Of a DNA stretch of 64,000 bases, positions 20,783 through 31,358 are shown in pieces. A program made the translations under genes and the position numbers. Source of the stretch: Spirochaetaceae bacterium (lineage in GTDB: Bacteria > Spirochaetota > Spirochaetia > DSM-2461); NCBI GenBank assembly GCA_051531975.1, contig JAOPTT010000017.1, positions 44,597-108,596 on the forward strand. The letters run 5' to 3'. Position 1 is the first letter of the stretch; each line of letters opens with the position of its first letter. Under the pieces are notes generated by a model. It saw only the letters and a program-made list of their open reading frames with translations. It was not told where the DNA came from and searched no databases.

Positions 20783-21241
20783 TTACCTCCCGATTTCTAG
20801 AGCTTTACTAAACATAGCTTTTGTTCCCTCTATAACAGATACATTAGCTTCGTATGCCCTTGAAGCCGAGATCATATCTACCATTTCGGTAACTGGATTT
20901 ACATTTGGGTACTGAACGTAACCCTTTTGTGGACCAACTTTAACAGCATCAGGATGGGTAGGATCCCAAACTAATCTAAGATCTGAGTCCATATCCTTCT
21001 CAATCTTGTCTACCTTAACACCTCTTCCAACACCGTTGTCTAGATCTTCTGGCATAAAAGGACTGTTCCAGTATGGTTGGTCTACATTTCCTTTTAAAAC
21101 AACACGGCTTCTTCTGTAAGGACCACCATCTGCAGTTCTTGTAGTATCTGCATTTGCAATGTTGTCAGATATTACATCTAGTCTTAGTCTCTGTGCAGTT
21201 AAACCACTTGCTGCTGTATTTATTGAACTAAACATTCCCAT
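20783..21241 (-). CDS. flgC: Flagellar basal-body rod protein FlgC
   Basis: ASGLTAQRLRLDVIS.NIAN, PNVN...EM.DMI.ASRAYEAN. Confidence 0.97.
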   Translation of the reverse strand: MGMFSSINTAASGLTAQRLRLDVISDNIANADTTRTADGGPYRRSRVVLKGNVDQPYWNSPFMPEDLDNGVGRGVKVDKIEKDMDSDLRLVWDPTHPDAVKVGPQKGYVQYPNVNPVTEMVDMISASRAYEANVSVIEGTKAMFSKALEIGR

Positions 21242-21250
21242 ATCTTATAC

Positions 21251-21667
21251 CTACCTTACTACCATGTTAATTTTTTGAAACTGTTTGCTTACTGACTGAG
21301 TTAATAACTGATATCTCATCTGATTTTTAACAACATCCATCATCTCTCTTTCAATGTCTACGTTGTTACCGTTACTATCCGCCTGTGTCATGTAATCTAA
21401 AACCCGTCTTGGTTTAATTGTTTTGTAATCAACAGTTCTATCGTCTGGGATATGTTTATCATTTGTCATCTTCATTTCAAAATCTGAGCTATTATAGCTA
21501 TTTAAAGCCTTAGTTAAAGAAGCTTCAAAAGTAACATCAGTTCTTTTAAAATTTGGTGTTTCTGCATTCGCAATGTTGTTGGATATTACCTCTCGCCTTA
21601 AAAGTGATACATCCATAGTTCTTTGCAATACATCTAAACTTTTTCCAAATGTTGTATTATCAAACAT
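21251..21667 (-). CDS. flgB: Flagellar basal-body rod protein FlgB
   Basis: NNIANAETPNFK, NGNNVDIE.EM. Confidence 0.96.
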   Translation of the reverse strand: MFDNTTFGKSLDVLQRTMDVSLLRREVISNNIANAETPNFKRTDVTFEASLTKALNSYNSSDFEMKMTNDKHIPDDRTVDYKTIKPRRVLDYMTQADSNGNNVDIEREMMDVVKNQMRYQLLTQSVSKQFQKINMVVR

Positions 21668-21713
21668 AAATCCCTCCGGGTTGATGGTATACCGTCAACC
21701 ATATTAATATATA

Positions 21714-21740
21714 TTTTCGGTATTAAAAAAAATTACCTTA
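21714..21740 (-). promoter_or_regulatory. Sigma-28 (FliA)-like promoter of the flgB operon
   Basis: Minus strand reads TAAG-N15-ACCGAAAA, versus consensus TAAA-N15-GCCGATAA, in the hslU-flgB gap. Confidence 0.55.
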
Positions 21741-21747
21741 ATCTTTT

Positions 21748-23139
21748 TTAAAGTATGTACCGACTAAGGTCTCTATCCTGGGATAGATCTTTTAATCTTT
21801 CGTCTACAAAGTCCTTAGTAATCTCTATTTTTTCACCTTTATTATCAGGTGCGTTAAAAGAGATATCCTCTAAAAGGTGCTCTAAGATTGTATGTAATCT
21901 TCTAGCTCCGATATTCTCTGTTTTGTTATTAACATCTTCTGCAATTTTTGCAATTCGTTTTATTGAATCCTCAGTAAATGTTAACTCAATCTCTTCAGTT
22001 TTAAGTAGCTCTATATACTGTTTGGTTAAAGATGCCTTTGGTTTTGTTAAAATTGCTTCAAAAGCTTCTGCATCTAAATCTTGTAGTTCAACTCTTAATG
22101 GGAAACGACCCTGTAGTTCTGGAATTAAGTCAGAAGGTTTACTCATAGTAAATGCACCGGCCGCTATAAATAGAATATGTGTTGTATCTACAATTCCGTG
22201 TTTTGTATTAACTTTAGACCCTTCAACTATTGGCAGAATGTCTCTTTGAACACCCTGTCTTGAAACATCTTGGCCACCACCACCAGAACCTTTAGCTGCA
22301 ATTTTATCAATTTCATCAATAAAAATTATTCCCATATCCTGAACTCTGTTTCTAGCAATGTCCACAGCGTTATCGGTATCTATAAGTTTATCTCTCTGCT
22401 CTGATAAAATAATATCTCTTGCTTGTTTAACAGTTACAATTCTTTTTTTCTTATTTCCACCAGGGGATAACATACCAGTAATTGCACCGATATTCATCTC
22501 CATATTTTGGAACTCCCCACCACCTAAAACTTCAAATGATGATGATTTTGTTACAGAGATTTCAATCTCTTTTTCCTCTAACTTACCATCACGGAGCATC
22601 TCTCTAAACTTCTCTCTTGTAGAATTTGTAGAGTTTGTAGATGTATCCTCAGTTGGAGCTATTACATTATCTTCTGGGTTAAAACCAAGATCGGCTTTTT
22701 TATCTTTTTTAAGACCAGGTAAAAGATAGTCTAATAATATCTCCTCTGTTCTATTTTTAGCATCGACTTCTATGCCATCTTGCATTTCAGTTTTAACCAT
22801 AGATACAGCTGATGCCATTAGGTCTCGAACCATAGATTCAACATCTCGACCTACATAACCAACTTCAGTAAACTTTGTAGCTTCTACTTTAATAAAAGGA
22901 GCTCGTGCTAATTTTGAAAGTCTTCTAGCAATCTCAGTTTTACCAACACCAGTTGGCCCAATCATGATTATATTTTTAGGTGATACTTCATTTCTAATAT
23001 CGTCGTCTAATAAAAAACGTCTCATCCTGTTTCTAAGGGCAATTGCAACAATCTTTTTTGCATTATCTTGACCAATAATATGTTTATCAAGCTCTTTAAC
23101 TATAGATTTTGGAGTACCCTCTTCCATATTTAATTTCAT
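21748..23139 (-). CDS. hslU: ATP-dependent protease ATPase subunit HslU
   Basis: IGPTGVGKTEIARR, GYVGRDVES, FIDEIDKI, ENIGARRL. Confidence 0.97.
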   Translation of the reverse strand: MKLNMEEGTPKSIVKELDKHIIGQDNAKKIVAIALRNRMRRFLLDDDIRNEVSPKNIIMIGPTGVGKTEIARRLSKLARAPFIKVEATKFTEVGYVGRDVESMVRDLMASAVSMVKTEMQDGIEVDAKNRTEEILLDYLLPGLKKDKKADLGFNPEDNVIAPTEDTSTNSTNSTREKFREMLRDGKLEEKEIEISVTKSSSFEVLGGGEFQNMEMNIGAITGMLSPGGNKKKRIVTVKQARDIILSEQRDKLIDTDNAVDIARNRVQDMGIIFIDEIDKIAAKGSGGGGQDVSRQGVQRDILPIVEGSKVNTKHGIVDTTHILFIAAGAFTMSKPSDLIPELQGRFPLRVELQDLDAEAFEAILTKPKASLTKQYIELLKTEEIELTFTEDSIKRIAKIAEDVNNKTENIGARRLHTILEHLLEDISFNAPDNKGEKIEITKDFVDERLKDLSQDRDLSRYIL

Positions 23140-23670
23140 TTAAACTACCTCAACAATTATGTTTTTATTTGTATAAATACAGATTTCACCAGCAATGTTA
23201 AGAGATCTCTCTGCAATCTCTGGCGCTGTTAAATCAGATCCGTCTAAGTATGCTAATGCAGCAGAATATGCAAAATTTCCACCACTACCAATTGCTATTG
23301 CACCGTTTTGTGGCTCTATAACATCACCATTACCACTTAGTAGATAGATCTGTGTTTTATCAGCAACTAACAACATAGCGTCTAATTTTCTAAGTGCTCT
23401 ATCTGTTCTCCACTCTTTCGCAAGTTCAACAGCTGCTCTTGTTAAATCACCTGAGTATTGGTTTAATCTATCTTCAAAAAGTTCTTCTAATGTAAAAGCA
23501 TCTGCAGTTGAACCTGCAAAGCCAGCTACAACTTTTCCGTTATATATTCTTCTTACTTTACGTGCATTACCTTTCATACATGCGTTACCTAAAGTTACCT
23601 GGCCATCTCCAGCCACAGCGATAACTCCATCTTTTTTTACTGCAAGTATTGTTGTTCCTCTAATATCCAT
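23140..23670 (-). CDS. hslV: ATP-dependent protease peptidase subunit HslV
   Basis: TTILAV...[22 protein letters not shown]. Start at ATG 23670 with a GGAG RBS. Confidence 0.96.
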   Translation of the reverse strand: MDIRGTTILAVKKDGVIAVAGDGQVTLGNACMKGNARKVRRIYNGKVVAGFAGSTADAFTLEELFEDRLNQYSGDLTRAAVELAKEWRTDRALRKLDAMLLVADKTQIYLLSGNGDVIEPQNGAIAIGSGGNFAYSAALAYLDGSDLTAPEIAERSLNIAGEICIYTNKNIIVEVV

Positions 23671-23680
23671 AAACCACTCC

Positions 23681-24556
23681 TTAATTCCTTGTTCCATGGG
23701 GGTGTGCCCCACGATACACCTGCCGTAATTTTTCAATACCGGTATGTGTATATATCTGAGTCGTAGATATACTTTTATGTCCTAGAAGTTCCTGAACAAT
23801 TCGTATATCTGCCCCCTCATTTAAAAGGTGTGTCGCAAAAGTATGCCTAAACGTATGTGGGCTCACTTTTTTATCAACTCCAGCCTCTCTTATTCTTTTA
23901 TCTATAAGGTAGTAGATTCCTCTTGTTGTAATCTCTACTGCTTTATAGTCAAGAAACAGTGAATCATTTTCTTCACCTTTCTTTTTTAATAGTTCTTCCC
24001 GTATTGGAAGATATTTTGTTATAAGGCTTATTACATCGGGAGTAAAGTATACAAATCTATCTTTGTCCCCTTTCCCTACAACCTGTACTCGGCCTTGTTC
24101 ACTTTGTACTTGGCTAACTCTGATTCCAATTAGTTCCGAAACCCGACACCCAGTACTATAAAGAGTTTTAAATATTAACAGATCTCTAACACTGAAAAAA
24201 TCTTCACCCTCTTTATTAAATATTTTTTCCAAATCCTTAAAAAACAGATAATTTGGTAATTTGCTCTCTTTTTTAAGAGATTTTATCTGGTTAAAAGGGT
24301 TATCTTCCCTTATTCCACTTAAAATCTCAAATCTGTAATAGCTTCTAATAGCACTTAACTGTCTATTTACAGTAGAAGCTTTTAAACCTTTTTTTTGCAG
24401 AACAACTAAATAGGATCTAATTATAGATCTAGTTACTTTTTCTCTGCCGTCTAAAAAAGTTTCCCATGCTGTAATATCCCTAGTGTAACTAACTGCAGTA
24501 TATTCACTTACAGATCTTACACTTCTAAGATAACTAATAAAATTCTCTACGTTCAT
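23681..24556 (-). CDS. xerC: Tyrosine recombinase XerC-like
   Basis: [28 protein letters not shown]...TTQIY. The xerC versus xerD assignment is by synteny. Confidence 0.85.
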   Translation of the reverse strand: MNVENFISYLRSVRSVSEYTAVSYTRDITAWETFLDGREKVTRSIIRSYLVVLQKKGLKASTVNRQLSAIRSYYRFEILSGIREDNPFNQIKSLKKESKLPNYLFFKDLEKIFNKEGEDFFSVRDLLIFKTLYSTGCRVSELIGIRVSQVQSEQGRVQVVGKGDKDRFVYFTPDVISLITKYLPIREELLKKKGEENDSLFLDYKAVEITTRGIYYLIDKRIREAGVDKKVSPHTFRHTFATHLLNEGADIRIVQELLGHKSISTTQIYTHTGIEKLRQVYRGAHPHGTRN

Positions 24557-25497
24557 AGATTAAAAAAGCAACCTTTGTACTTAATAATCTCCCCATCTAA
24601 TTCCATTTTTAATAGTCTATCTGTATGTACAAACTCACTATCAAAACTCTTAATTTCATAAGCTTTAAAAAATGTTTTTAATATTGGATAAGCCGAATCA
24701 ATTTTAGTTGCTCCATCTTTGTAAAACCTATCGGAACCTGTAAATCTACTATCTCCAATTCCTACTGAATGAATATAAATATCTGTCCCATTTTGTAATG
24801 CAAAATCCCCTGTTATTAGTGCTCCGGATTTTTTAGGTGCCTGCATAATTATTAAACTATTAGAAAGTCCTGCAATAATTCTATTTCTTTTAGGAAAGTT
24901 AAACCTTTTAGGTTCTTCTCCCGGTGGAAATTCGCTTATTATAGCACCTCTATTTTTTAAAATATTACCAGCTAAAGTTTTATTAGATGATGGATAAATT
25001 GTATCTACTCCCCCACCTAAAACAGCAATAGTTCTACCTTTTGTAGCAACATTCCCACTTTGTACTGCAGCATCAACTCCTAATGCTAAACCAGAGACTA
25101 CTGCAACATCTTTTCTGCCTAAATCTAAACCTAATTTAAAAGATTCATGGAACCCTCTAAGGGATGGCTTTCTAGTTCCAACAACTGAGACTAAATCACC
25201 TTCTAATGCATCTAAATCCCCTCTTAAATATAAAATAAAAGGTGGGTCATAAATGTTTTTAAGTCTTGGTGGATAATTATTATCTGCTAATGTAACTATT
25301 TTTATATCCATCTTTTTAATAATTTCTACTATCTGGTTAAATCTATTAAAAGCGTATCCCTTCTCTAATTTATATTTTGTTAACTGCCTTAAGTCTTCAC
25401 AAACATCTATTAACTCTTCTAGATTATAGTTTTTATTTAGAAGTGCCAATTTACTGTTGTTTGTCCCTTTTAATAGAGATATTAAGACTCTATTCAC
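24553..25497 (-). CDS. dprA: DNA-processing protein DprA (Smf)
   Basis: YPPRL..I.DPP, VVGTR, VSGLALGVD, FPKRNRIIAGL, SGALIT. Confidence 0.94.
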   Translation of the reverse strand: MNRVLISLLKGTNNSKLALLNKNYNLEELIDVCEDLRQLTKYKLEKGYAFNRFNQIVEIIKKMDIKIVTLADNNYPPRLKNIYDPPFILYLRGDLDALEGDLVSVVGTRKPSLRGFHESFKLGLDLGRKDVAVVSGLALGVDAAVQSGNVATKGRTIAVLGGGVDTIYPSSNKTLAGNILKNRGAIISEFPPGEEPKRFNFPKRNRIIAGLSNSLIIMQAPKKSGALITGDFALQNGTDIYIHSVGIGDSRFTGSDRFYKDGATKIDSAYPILKTFFKAYEIKSFDSEFVHTDRLLKMELDGEIIKYKGCFFNL

Positions 25498-26200
25498 CAG
25501 TTAACCTCTTTAATATTCGATCTCTATTTGTTTCAGCTCTAAATATATGAACATCTTTTTTAGATAGGGATAAAACAGTGTCGTACAGGTCTAAAGCTGC
25601 ACTTAACTCATCATCTTTCTCTAATAATAGTGCCAATAATAACATTGCATCAAACTCTCTAGTAGATATTTTTAATAACCTATCTAATAGTGGTTTTGCA
25701 TCGTTAGGTCTATCTAATTCGTAAACATATAAAATAGATAGGGCGTATAAACCTTTAGGAAACCTTGGGTTTAACTCGAGGGAGTGTTCATGGTTATATT
25801 GCGCTTTTTGCAGGTATTCCCGTCTAATACTCTCTTCATCCTGGCTTTTTGCATATTGTCCTGCTGCTACACCTCTATAATAGTGCAACATTTCACTGTT
25901 TGGGTAAAACTCGATAGCATTATTAAAGTGATCATATGCTTTTTTATACATTTTATAATGCATCATTTTAACACCTAAAGCTCTTTGGAAATTTCCAATT
26001 TTCTGGTATTTCTCTAAAGTTTCTTCAAGATCTTTCTCTATTTTTTTTATATCTTTTGTAAGCTCATTTAATCTTTTATCTCTATTAGATTCTTTATTTT
26101 CTTCTGTTTCGTAAACCTGACTAGCTAAGTTTTTTGTTTTTTCACTAGTACAACTAAAAAATATACTAATTATCAAAATTATAAAAGCTGTTTTTTTCAT
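25490..26200 (-). CDS. TPR-repeat lipoprotein
   Basis: Lipobox-like FFSC and TPR-like helical repeats; conserved spirochaete position between xerD and dprA. Confidence 0.75.
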   Translation of the reverse strand: MKKTAFIILIISIFFSCTSEKTKNLASQVYETEENKESNRDKRLNELTKDIKKIEKDLEETLEKYQKIGNFQRALGVKMMHYKMYKKAYDHFNNAIEFYPNSEMLHYYRGVAAGQYAKSQDEESIRREYLQKAQYNHEHSLELNPRFPKGLYALSILYVYELDRPNDAKPLLDRLLKISTREFDAMLLLALLLEKDDELSAALDLYDTVLSLSKKDVHIFRAETNRDRILKRLTGE

Positions 26201-27066
26201 TGAGCCTCCGGATGATAAGTAGAAAAAGCTGTTTGGAGCTCTGTGCTACTTAAATGTGTATAAATTTGTGTGGTTCCAATATCGCTATGACCTAGAAGTT
26301 CCTGTACAGATCTTAAATCTGCTCCACCAACTAATAAGTGTGTAGCAAAAGAGTGTCGTAGTGTATGCAATTTACCTTCAACTCCGGATAAACTACAAAT
26401 AGTCTTAAAGTTTTTCCACATACCTTTCCGAGTTAAACGTCCACCCCGGGTATTAAGAAAAACGCTCTCATTTTTTACCTTTCCAGATAATTTAGGTCTT
26501 GAGTTTTCCAAATATTCTAACATCCAGTAAATAGCTACATCACCTAAAGGAACAAGTCTCTCCTTGTCCCCTTTACCTCTAACAAGAAGGACACCTTCTG
26601 TTAAAAATAGACTGCTCTTATCTAGATCGACAGCTTCTGAAACCCTAAGACCACAAGAGTAAATAAGCTCATATAGAGCTCTATCTCTGAGCCCACCTGG
26701 GTTTGTAATATCAATAACTTCTAATAACTTATCAACTTCCTCTACAGCTAATACATGGGGAAAGTGCTTTCTAAACCTGGGAGTATCTATCTTATCTAGG
26801 GGATTATCTTCTCTAATTCCTTCGATAATTAAAAAATTATAGTATGCTTTAATAGCTGTGTGACACTTTGCCAATGTTCTTGCTGTTACTAAGGTCTGTT
26901 TTCTAGTTATTAAAAAATCGATTACCTGGTCAACTTTTAGTTTTTCTGGATTAAGAGATCTACTTTTACAATAATTGGACAGTTCCATAGCTTCGTACAT
27001 ATATGTTTCAACTGAACTATCCTGAAGACGAATCTCTACTGTAAGGTAACCTCTAAAATTTTCCAT
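26197..27066 (-). CDS. xerD: Tyrosine recombinase XerD-like
   Basis: RDRALYEL.YSCGLRVSE, GKGDKERLVP, HTLRHSFATHLL, LLGH.DI.TTQIY. Confidence 0.88.
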   Translation of the reverse strand: MENFRGYLTVEIRLQDSSVETYMYEAMELSNYCKSRSLNPEKLKVDQVIDFLITRKQTLVTARTLAKCHTAIKAYYNFLIIEGIREDNPLDKIDTPRFRKHFPHVLAVEEVDKLLEVIDITNPGGLRDRALYELIYSCGLRVSEAVDLDKSSLFLTEGVLLVRGKGDKERLVPLGDVAIYWMLEYLENSRPKLSGKVKNESVFLNTRGGRLTRKGMWKNFKTICSLSGVEGKLHTLRHSFATHLLVGGADLRSVQELLGHSDIGTTQIYTHLSSTELQTAFSTYHPEAQ

Positions 27067-27070
27067 CTAT

Positions 27071-28210
27071 CTAGTTTGCCCTCTGTCTCTCTCTTAAAAT
27101 AGTTGGGACATCAAAGTCCTGACTAATAGAGAAGTTTTTAGTTAAAATACTGCCCTTTGCCCGTTCTTGTTTTGGGGTTCTAGTTCCAGTATTACTAGTT
27201 TTAAGAGTTGCAATTTCTAATATTTCATCTTTATAGTTCTGCTCACCACTAAAACCTGTAGCAACAACTGTTACCATAATTTTTCCATCCATAGATGAAT
27301 CAACAACTGTTCCGGATTTAATTTCGACACGATCGTCTACTGTAGATGTAATTATCTCATTTATCTCTTTAAATTCAGTTATTGATAAACTATCATCACA
27401 TCTAATGTTAATTAGAAGGGCTGTAGCACCGTCAATAGATGCTTCGTTTTCTAATAGAGGATTTTTAATTGCACTAGTTGCAGCATCAATGGCTCTATTA
27501 TCACCAAAACCTTCACCAATACCCATTAAGGCATCACCCTTACCTTTCATTGTACTTTCAACATCTGCAAAGTCTATATTTAACATACCTGGCATTGTTA
27601 TTAAGTCAGATATTCCTTGAACACCCATTCTAAGAACATCATCTGCCATTAAAAAAGCATCTTTAATTGAAGCATTTTTATCAACAACATTAAATAAGTT
27701 CTCGTTTCGTATTGTTATAACTGTATCTACTATATCTCGTAAATTATTTATTCCATTTTCAGCAAATGACATTTTTCGTTCTCTTTCGAAAGCAAATGGT
27801 TTAGTAACAACAGCTACAGTTAAAATGTCTAACTCTTTTGCAATTTGTGCAATTACAGGAGCTGCTCCAGTTCCAGTTCCACCACCCATTCCGGCAGTGA
27901 TAAAAACCATTTTAGAACCTCTTAATATATTAATGATTGTTTCTCGGTCCTCTTCTGCGGCATCTCTACCAACTTCTGGTTTACCACCAGCACCAAGACC
28001 ACCTGTTAATTTTGATCCGATAGCTAATTTTATTGGTGCATGTGACATCTGTAATGCTTGCTGATCTGTATTTACAGCAATAAAGTCTACACCTTGTACA
28101 CCTTCTGATATCATACGGTTAACAGCATTACTACCACCACCACCAACTCCAATAACCTTAATAATTGTATTACCAACTATAGGTTCCTGATTTATGTATT
28201 CAATTTCCAT
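27071..28210 (-). CDS. ftsZ: Cell division protein FtsZ
   Basis: GVGGGGSNAV, GMGGGTGTG, NIDFADV. Confidence 0.98.
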   Translation of the reverse strand: MEIEYINQEPIVGNTIIKVIGVGGGGSNAVNRMISEGVQGVDFIAVNTDQQALQMSHAPIKLAIGSKLTGGLGAGGKPEVGRDAAEEDRETIINILRGSKMVFITAGMGGGTGTGAAPVIAQIAKELDILTVAVVTKPFAFERERKMSFAENGINNLRDIVDTVITIRNENLFNVVDKNASIKDAFLMADDVLRMGVQGISDLITMPGMLNIDFADVESTMKGKGDALMGIGEGFGDNRAIDAATSAIKNPLLENEASIDGATALLINIRCDDSLSITEFKEINEIITSTVDDRVEIKSGTVVDSSMDGKIMVTVVATGFSGEQNYKDEILEIATLKTSNTGTRTPKQERAKGSILTKNFSISQDFDVPTILRERQRAN

Positions 28211-28225
28211 CTATCCCTCCCAGAT

Positions 28226-29464
28226 TTAAATGAAGTGTTTAAATATTCTTTTAAAAATATTTTCGCCTTTTATTTTATCAGAGCCATCGCTGTCTCTTCT
28301 GCCTTGTTTTACTGGTGTATGACTTTTTTTATTTCCAGCATATGTTACAAGTCCTACAGCTGTTGAATAACCTGGGTGCCTTAATTCCTCAGTTAATCCA
28401 GCTATACCTTGTGGTAATCCTATTCTTGTTTGTACACCTAAAATTTCCGTTGCTAAATCTGCGATTCCTGGCATTAATGCGGAACCGCCGGTTAAAACGA
28501 CGCCTCCAGGATATTTATCATCAAACCCTTTCTGTTTAAGCTCTTTTGCTATTATATTAAACATTTCACATGCTCTTGCTTCAATTATCTCTGCTAAATA
28601 AGTTCTAGTTACTGTTACTGGAGATCTTCCTGCTATACCAGGAATAATAATTTCAGAATCAGAATCAACATAACTAACAACACAACACCCTTCACGTAGC
28701 TTAATATTCTCTGCAGACAGCGTAGGAGTATTTAATACCTTTGATATATCACTAGTAAAAATATCACCACCCATCGGAACAACATTTGTATAATATGGTG
28801 CTCCTCCATAATGCAGAAGTACATCTGTTGTACCACCACCAATATCTACTAATAGTACACCTAATTCTTTTTCATCTCTTGTTAAAACACACTCACTAAC
28901 AGCTAAGGATTCTAAAACAATCTCATTAACATAATAGTTTCCTCTATTAACACATTTAACTATGTTATCTGTGGAGGTTAATGAACATGTTATAATATGA
29001 ACTTCTGCTTCTAAACGTACCCCAATCATGTTAATAGGGTCTGTAATACCATTTTGACCATCAATTGTATATTCCTGGGGTATTACATGTAAAATTTGTC
29101 TATCCAAGGGTATAACTAAAGCTTTTGCAGCTTCTAAAACACGATCAACATCTGATTTAGTAATCTCTTTTCCTCTGTTACCAACAGCGACAACTCCCCG
29201 GGAGTTATAACACTCGATACTGCCACCAGCAACACCAGTATATATATGAGAAACTGTTCGACCAGCCATCTGTTCAGCCACATAAATTGCCTCGGATACA
29301 GCTTTCATAGCCTCTTCCATATTTATGATTACACCAACTCTAATTCCTCTAGATGGAGAGCTTCCCCAACCTGCTATATGGAGTTTTCCAGAGATATCAT
29401 ATTCAGCTATGACTACTCTTATTGTTGTAGAACCAATATCTAAACTTACAACTACATCATCCAA
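28226..29464 (-). CDS. ftsA: Cell division protein FtsA
   Basis: LDIGST, DIGGGTTD, VLTGG, STAVGL. Confidence 0.96.
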   Translation of the reverse strand: MDDVVVSLDIGSTTIRVVIAEYDISGKLHIAGWGSSPSRGIRVGVIINMEEAMKAVSEAIYVAEQMAGRTVSHIYTGVAGGSIECYNSRGVVAVGNRGKEITKSDVDRVLEAAKALVIPLDRQILHVIPQEYTIDGQNGITDPINMIGVRLEAEVHIITCSLTSTDNIVKCVNRGNYYVNEIVLESLAVSECVLTRDEKELGVLLVDIGGGTTDVLLHYGGAPYYTNVVPMGGDIFTSDISKVLNTPTLSAENIKLREGCCVVSYVDSDSEIIIPGIAGRSPVTVTRTYLAEIIEARACEMFNIIAKELKQKGFDDKYPGGVVLTGGSALMPGIADLATEILGVQTRIGLPQGIAGLTEELRHPGYSTAVGLVTYAGNKKSHTPVKQGRRDSDGSDKIKGENIFKRIFKHFI

Positions 29465-29469
29465 TGTTT

Positions 29470-30216
29470 CTACTCCTTCTCTCTATATACAATTTCGTCT
29501 TCTCTAAAATCTACTAGATCCACAGAGATCTCTTCTTTATCTAAGAGAGAAATAACAACTACAATATTTTTTAATTGTGGGATAGTTAAAACATCTTTAA
29601 CCAACGCTTTTATTGGAGAGTGAGTGAAATTCAGTATTAGATCAAATGTCATCTCCCCTCTTTTAATCACAGATATTTCGCTTATGGAAGAGTACAGCTT
29701 TGGAACTGAACCCCTAACATTTTTTAATGATTTTAACAGAGGCACTAATACTCTAGGAAGTTCTCCACCCATAGTAACCTTTTTAAAATCTATATCTCCA
29801 CTTATAACTGGTAAATTTATATCGTTAATTTCTTCACCAATTTTAAATACAACTCCATTTTCATCAAAACATAGGGGTATAGATATACCATCCTTTTTTA
29901 TATATGAAATTGCTAAAGCTTTTCTTCCTAGAACTGTTATATTAAGTGTATCTGGGAATGATTTTTCAACAGATACTTTTCTAACTAGTGGTTCTTTTAA
30001 TATCCTATCTTCTATTATTTTTGGTTTTATTAATAGATAGGAACTATAACTATCTAACCCAGCTATCTGCTCTAAACTAGATGAAAACGATAGGGATGAA
30101 TTTAATTTAATCTCTTTAATAGTAAAATAAGGTAGAATAAAAAATGCAGTTATAAGCATTATAAATAAAGAAACAGTTAAGGTATAAATCAGATTTATTA
30201 GAACACTATTATTCAT
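29470..30216 (-). CDS. ftsQ: Cell division protein FtsQ/DivIB
   Basis: TM segment plus POTRA-like domain (V.VEKSFPDTL); between ftsW and ftsA. Confidence 0.85.
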   Translation of the reverse strand: MNNSVLINLIYTLTVSLFIMLITAFFILPYFTIKEIKLNSSLSFSSSLEQIAGLDSYSSYLLIKPKIIEDRILKEPLVRKVSVEKSFPDTLNITVLGRKALAISYIKKDGISIPLCFDENGVVFKIGEEINDINLPVISGDIDFKKVTMGGELPRVLVPLLKSLKNVRGSVPKLYSSISEISVIKRGEMTFDLILNFTHSPIKALVKDVLTIPQLKNIVVVISLLDKEEISVDLVDFREDEIVYREKE

Positions 30217-31354
30217 CTGACTCCCCTTTTGCTGTTGATAGGTTTAGCAAAAAACCTATCATTATCATTGTAACTATTATGGAAGTTCCACCCTGGGAGA
30301 AAAATGGTAATGGTATACCAGTTGGTGGAAACAGTCCTGAAACAACTCCCATATTTAACATTGCTTGAAAGAATATAGCACAAGAAAACCCTGAAGCTAT
30401 ATAAATCTTGTAGTTTGATTCCTGCTTTTTAGCAATTGATAAACCTTTAAAAAATAGCAAAATAAAAAGTGTAATAACAATTATAATCCCAACAAATCCA
30501 ACTTCTTCTCCAACTACTGTAAATACAAAGTCGGAATGTGCCTGGGGCAGATGTCCTAATTTCATCTCTCCAGCGCCTATTCCTTTACCTGCGAATCCAC
30601 CCTGATAGAGTGCTTTTAAGGATTTAATAACCTGATACCCACCACCTAGTGGATCTTTTGCAGGATCTAACCAAGAGAGTATTCTTCTTATCCTATATGG
30701 TTGCATCATAATAACAAACGTGGCGATAAGTAGACAGAATCCGGTTATTATGCCTAAAAATCTGATTCTTACACCTGATATAAACAATAAAACTACAGAC
30801 AACATAAAAACAAAGAAGGCTGTAGAGAAATCGTTTTGTTCTATTATAACCCAAGAAGAGATTCCAACAACAAATATAGCGGGTAGAATTGTTCCCTTAA
30901 AGTCATTTATCATCTCTCTTTTTTTATCAAGAATATATGCTAGATAGATGGTTAATGTAATTTTTATACCTTCTGAGGGCTGAAACATAATACCAGCTAT
31001 CTCAAACCATCTTTTTCCACCCGATATAGTTCTACCTAATCCTGGCACAAAAACTAATAAATTTAACAGTATAGATATAGCCCATAAAAGAAGGGCAATT
31101 TTACCAAATATTTCAACTTTTACTAATGTTAAAGAAAAAGCTAAAATAAAACCTACACCTAAAAATTGCAAGTGTCGGATAAAAAAGTAAAACGGACCTT
31201 TATCAAACTTTAGGCTAAAAAACCAAGAGGCTGAAAAAAGAGATACCGCACCAATACCTGATAATAAAATAACAAGCATTATAAGCTGGATATCAATAGA
31301 CCTTTTTTCTGAGATAGATTCGAATGTAAACTGATTTTTTAAACTACTTACCAT
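30209..31354 (-). CDS. ftsW: Peptidoglycan glycosyltransferase FtsW
   Basis: RW, QPSE, HSDF, GEE.G, GIPLPFFSQGG. Confidence 0.94.
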   Translation of the reverse strand: MVSSLKNQFTFESISEKRSIDIQLIMLVILLSGIGAVSLFSASWFFSLKFDKGPFYFFIRHLQFLGVGFILAFSLTLVKVEIFGKIALLLWAISILLNLLVFVPGLGRTISGGKRWFEIAGIMFQPSEGIKITLTIYLAYILDKKREMINDFKGTILPAIFVVGISSWVIIEQNDFSTAFFVFMLSVVLLFISGVRIRFLGIITGFCLLIATFVIMMQPYRIRRILSWLDPAKDPLGGGYQVIKSLKALYQGGFAGKGIGAGEMKLGHLPQAHSDFVFTVVGEEVGFVGIIIVITLFILLFFKGLSIAKKQESNYKIYIASGFSCAIFFQAMLNMGVVSGLFPPTGIPLPFFSQGGTSIIVTMIMIGFLLNLSTAKGESDE

Positions 31355-31358
31355 TTTT

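Noticed and set aside
23681..27066. Two tyrosine recombinases as a prophage or integron
   Set aside because: They have housekeeping XerC/XerD features, are embedded in the conserved core operon, and have no cargo or att structure.
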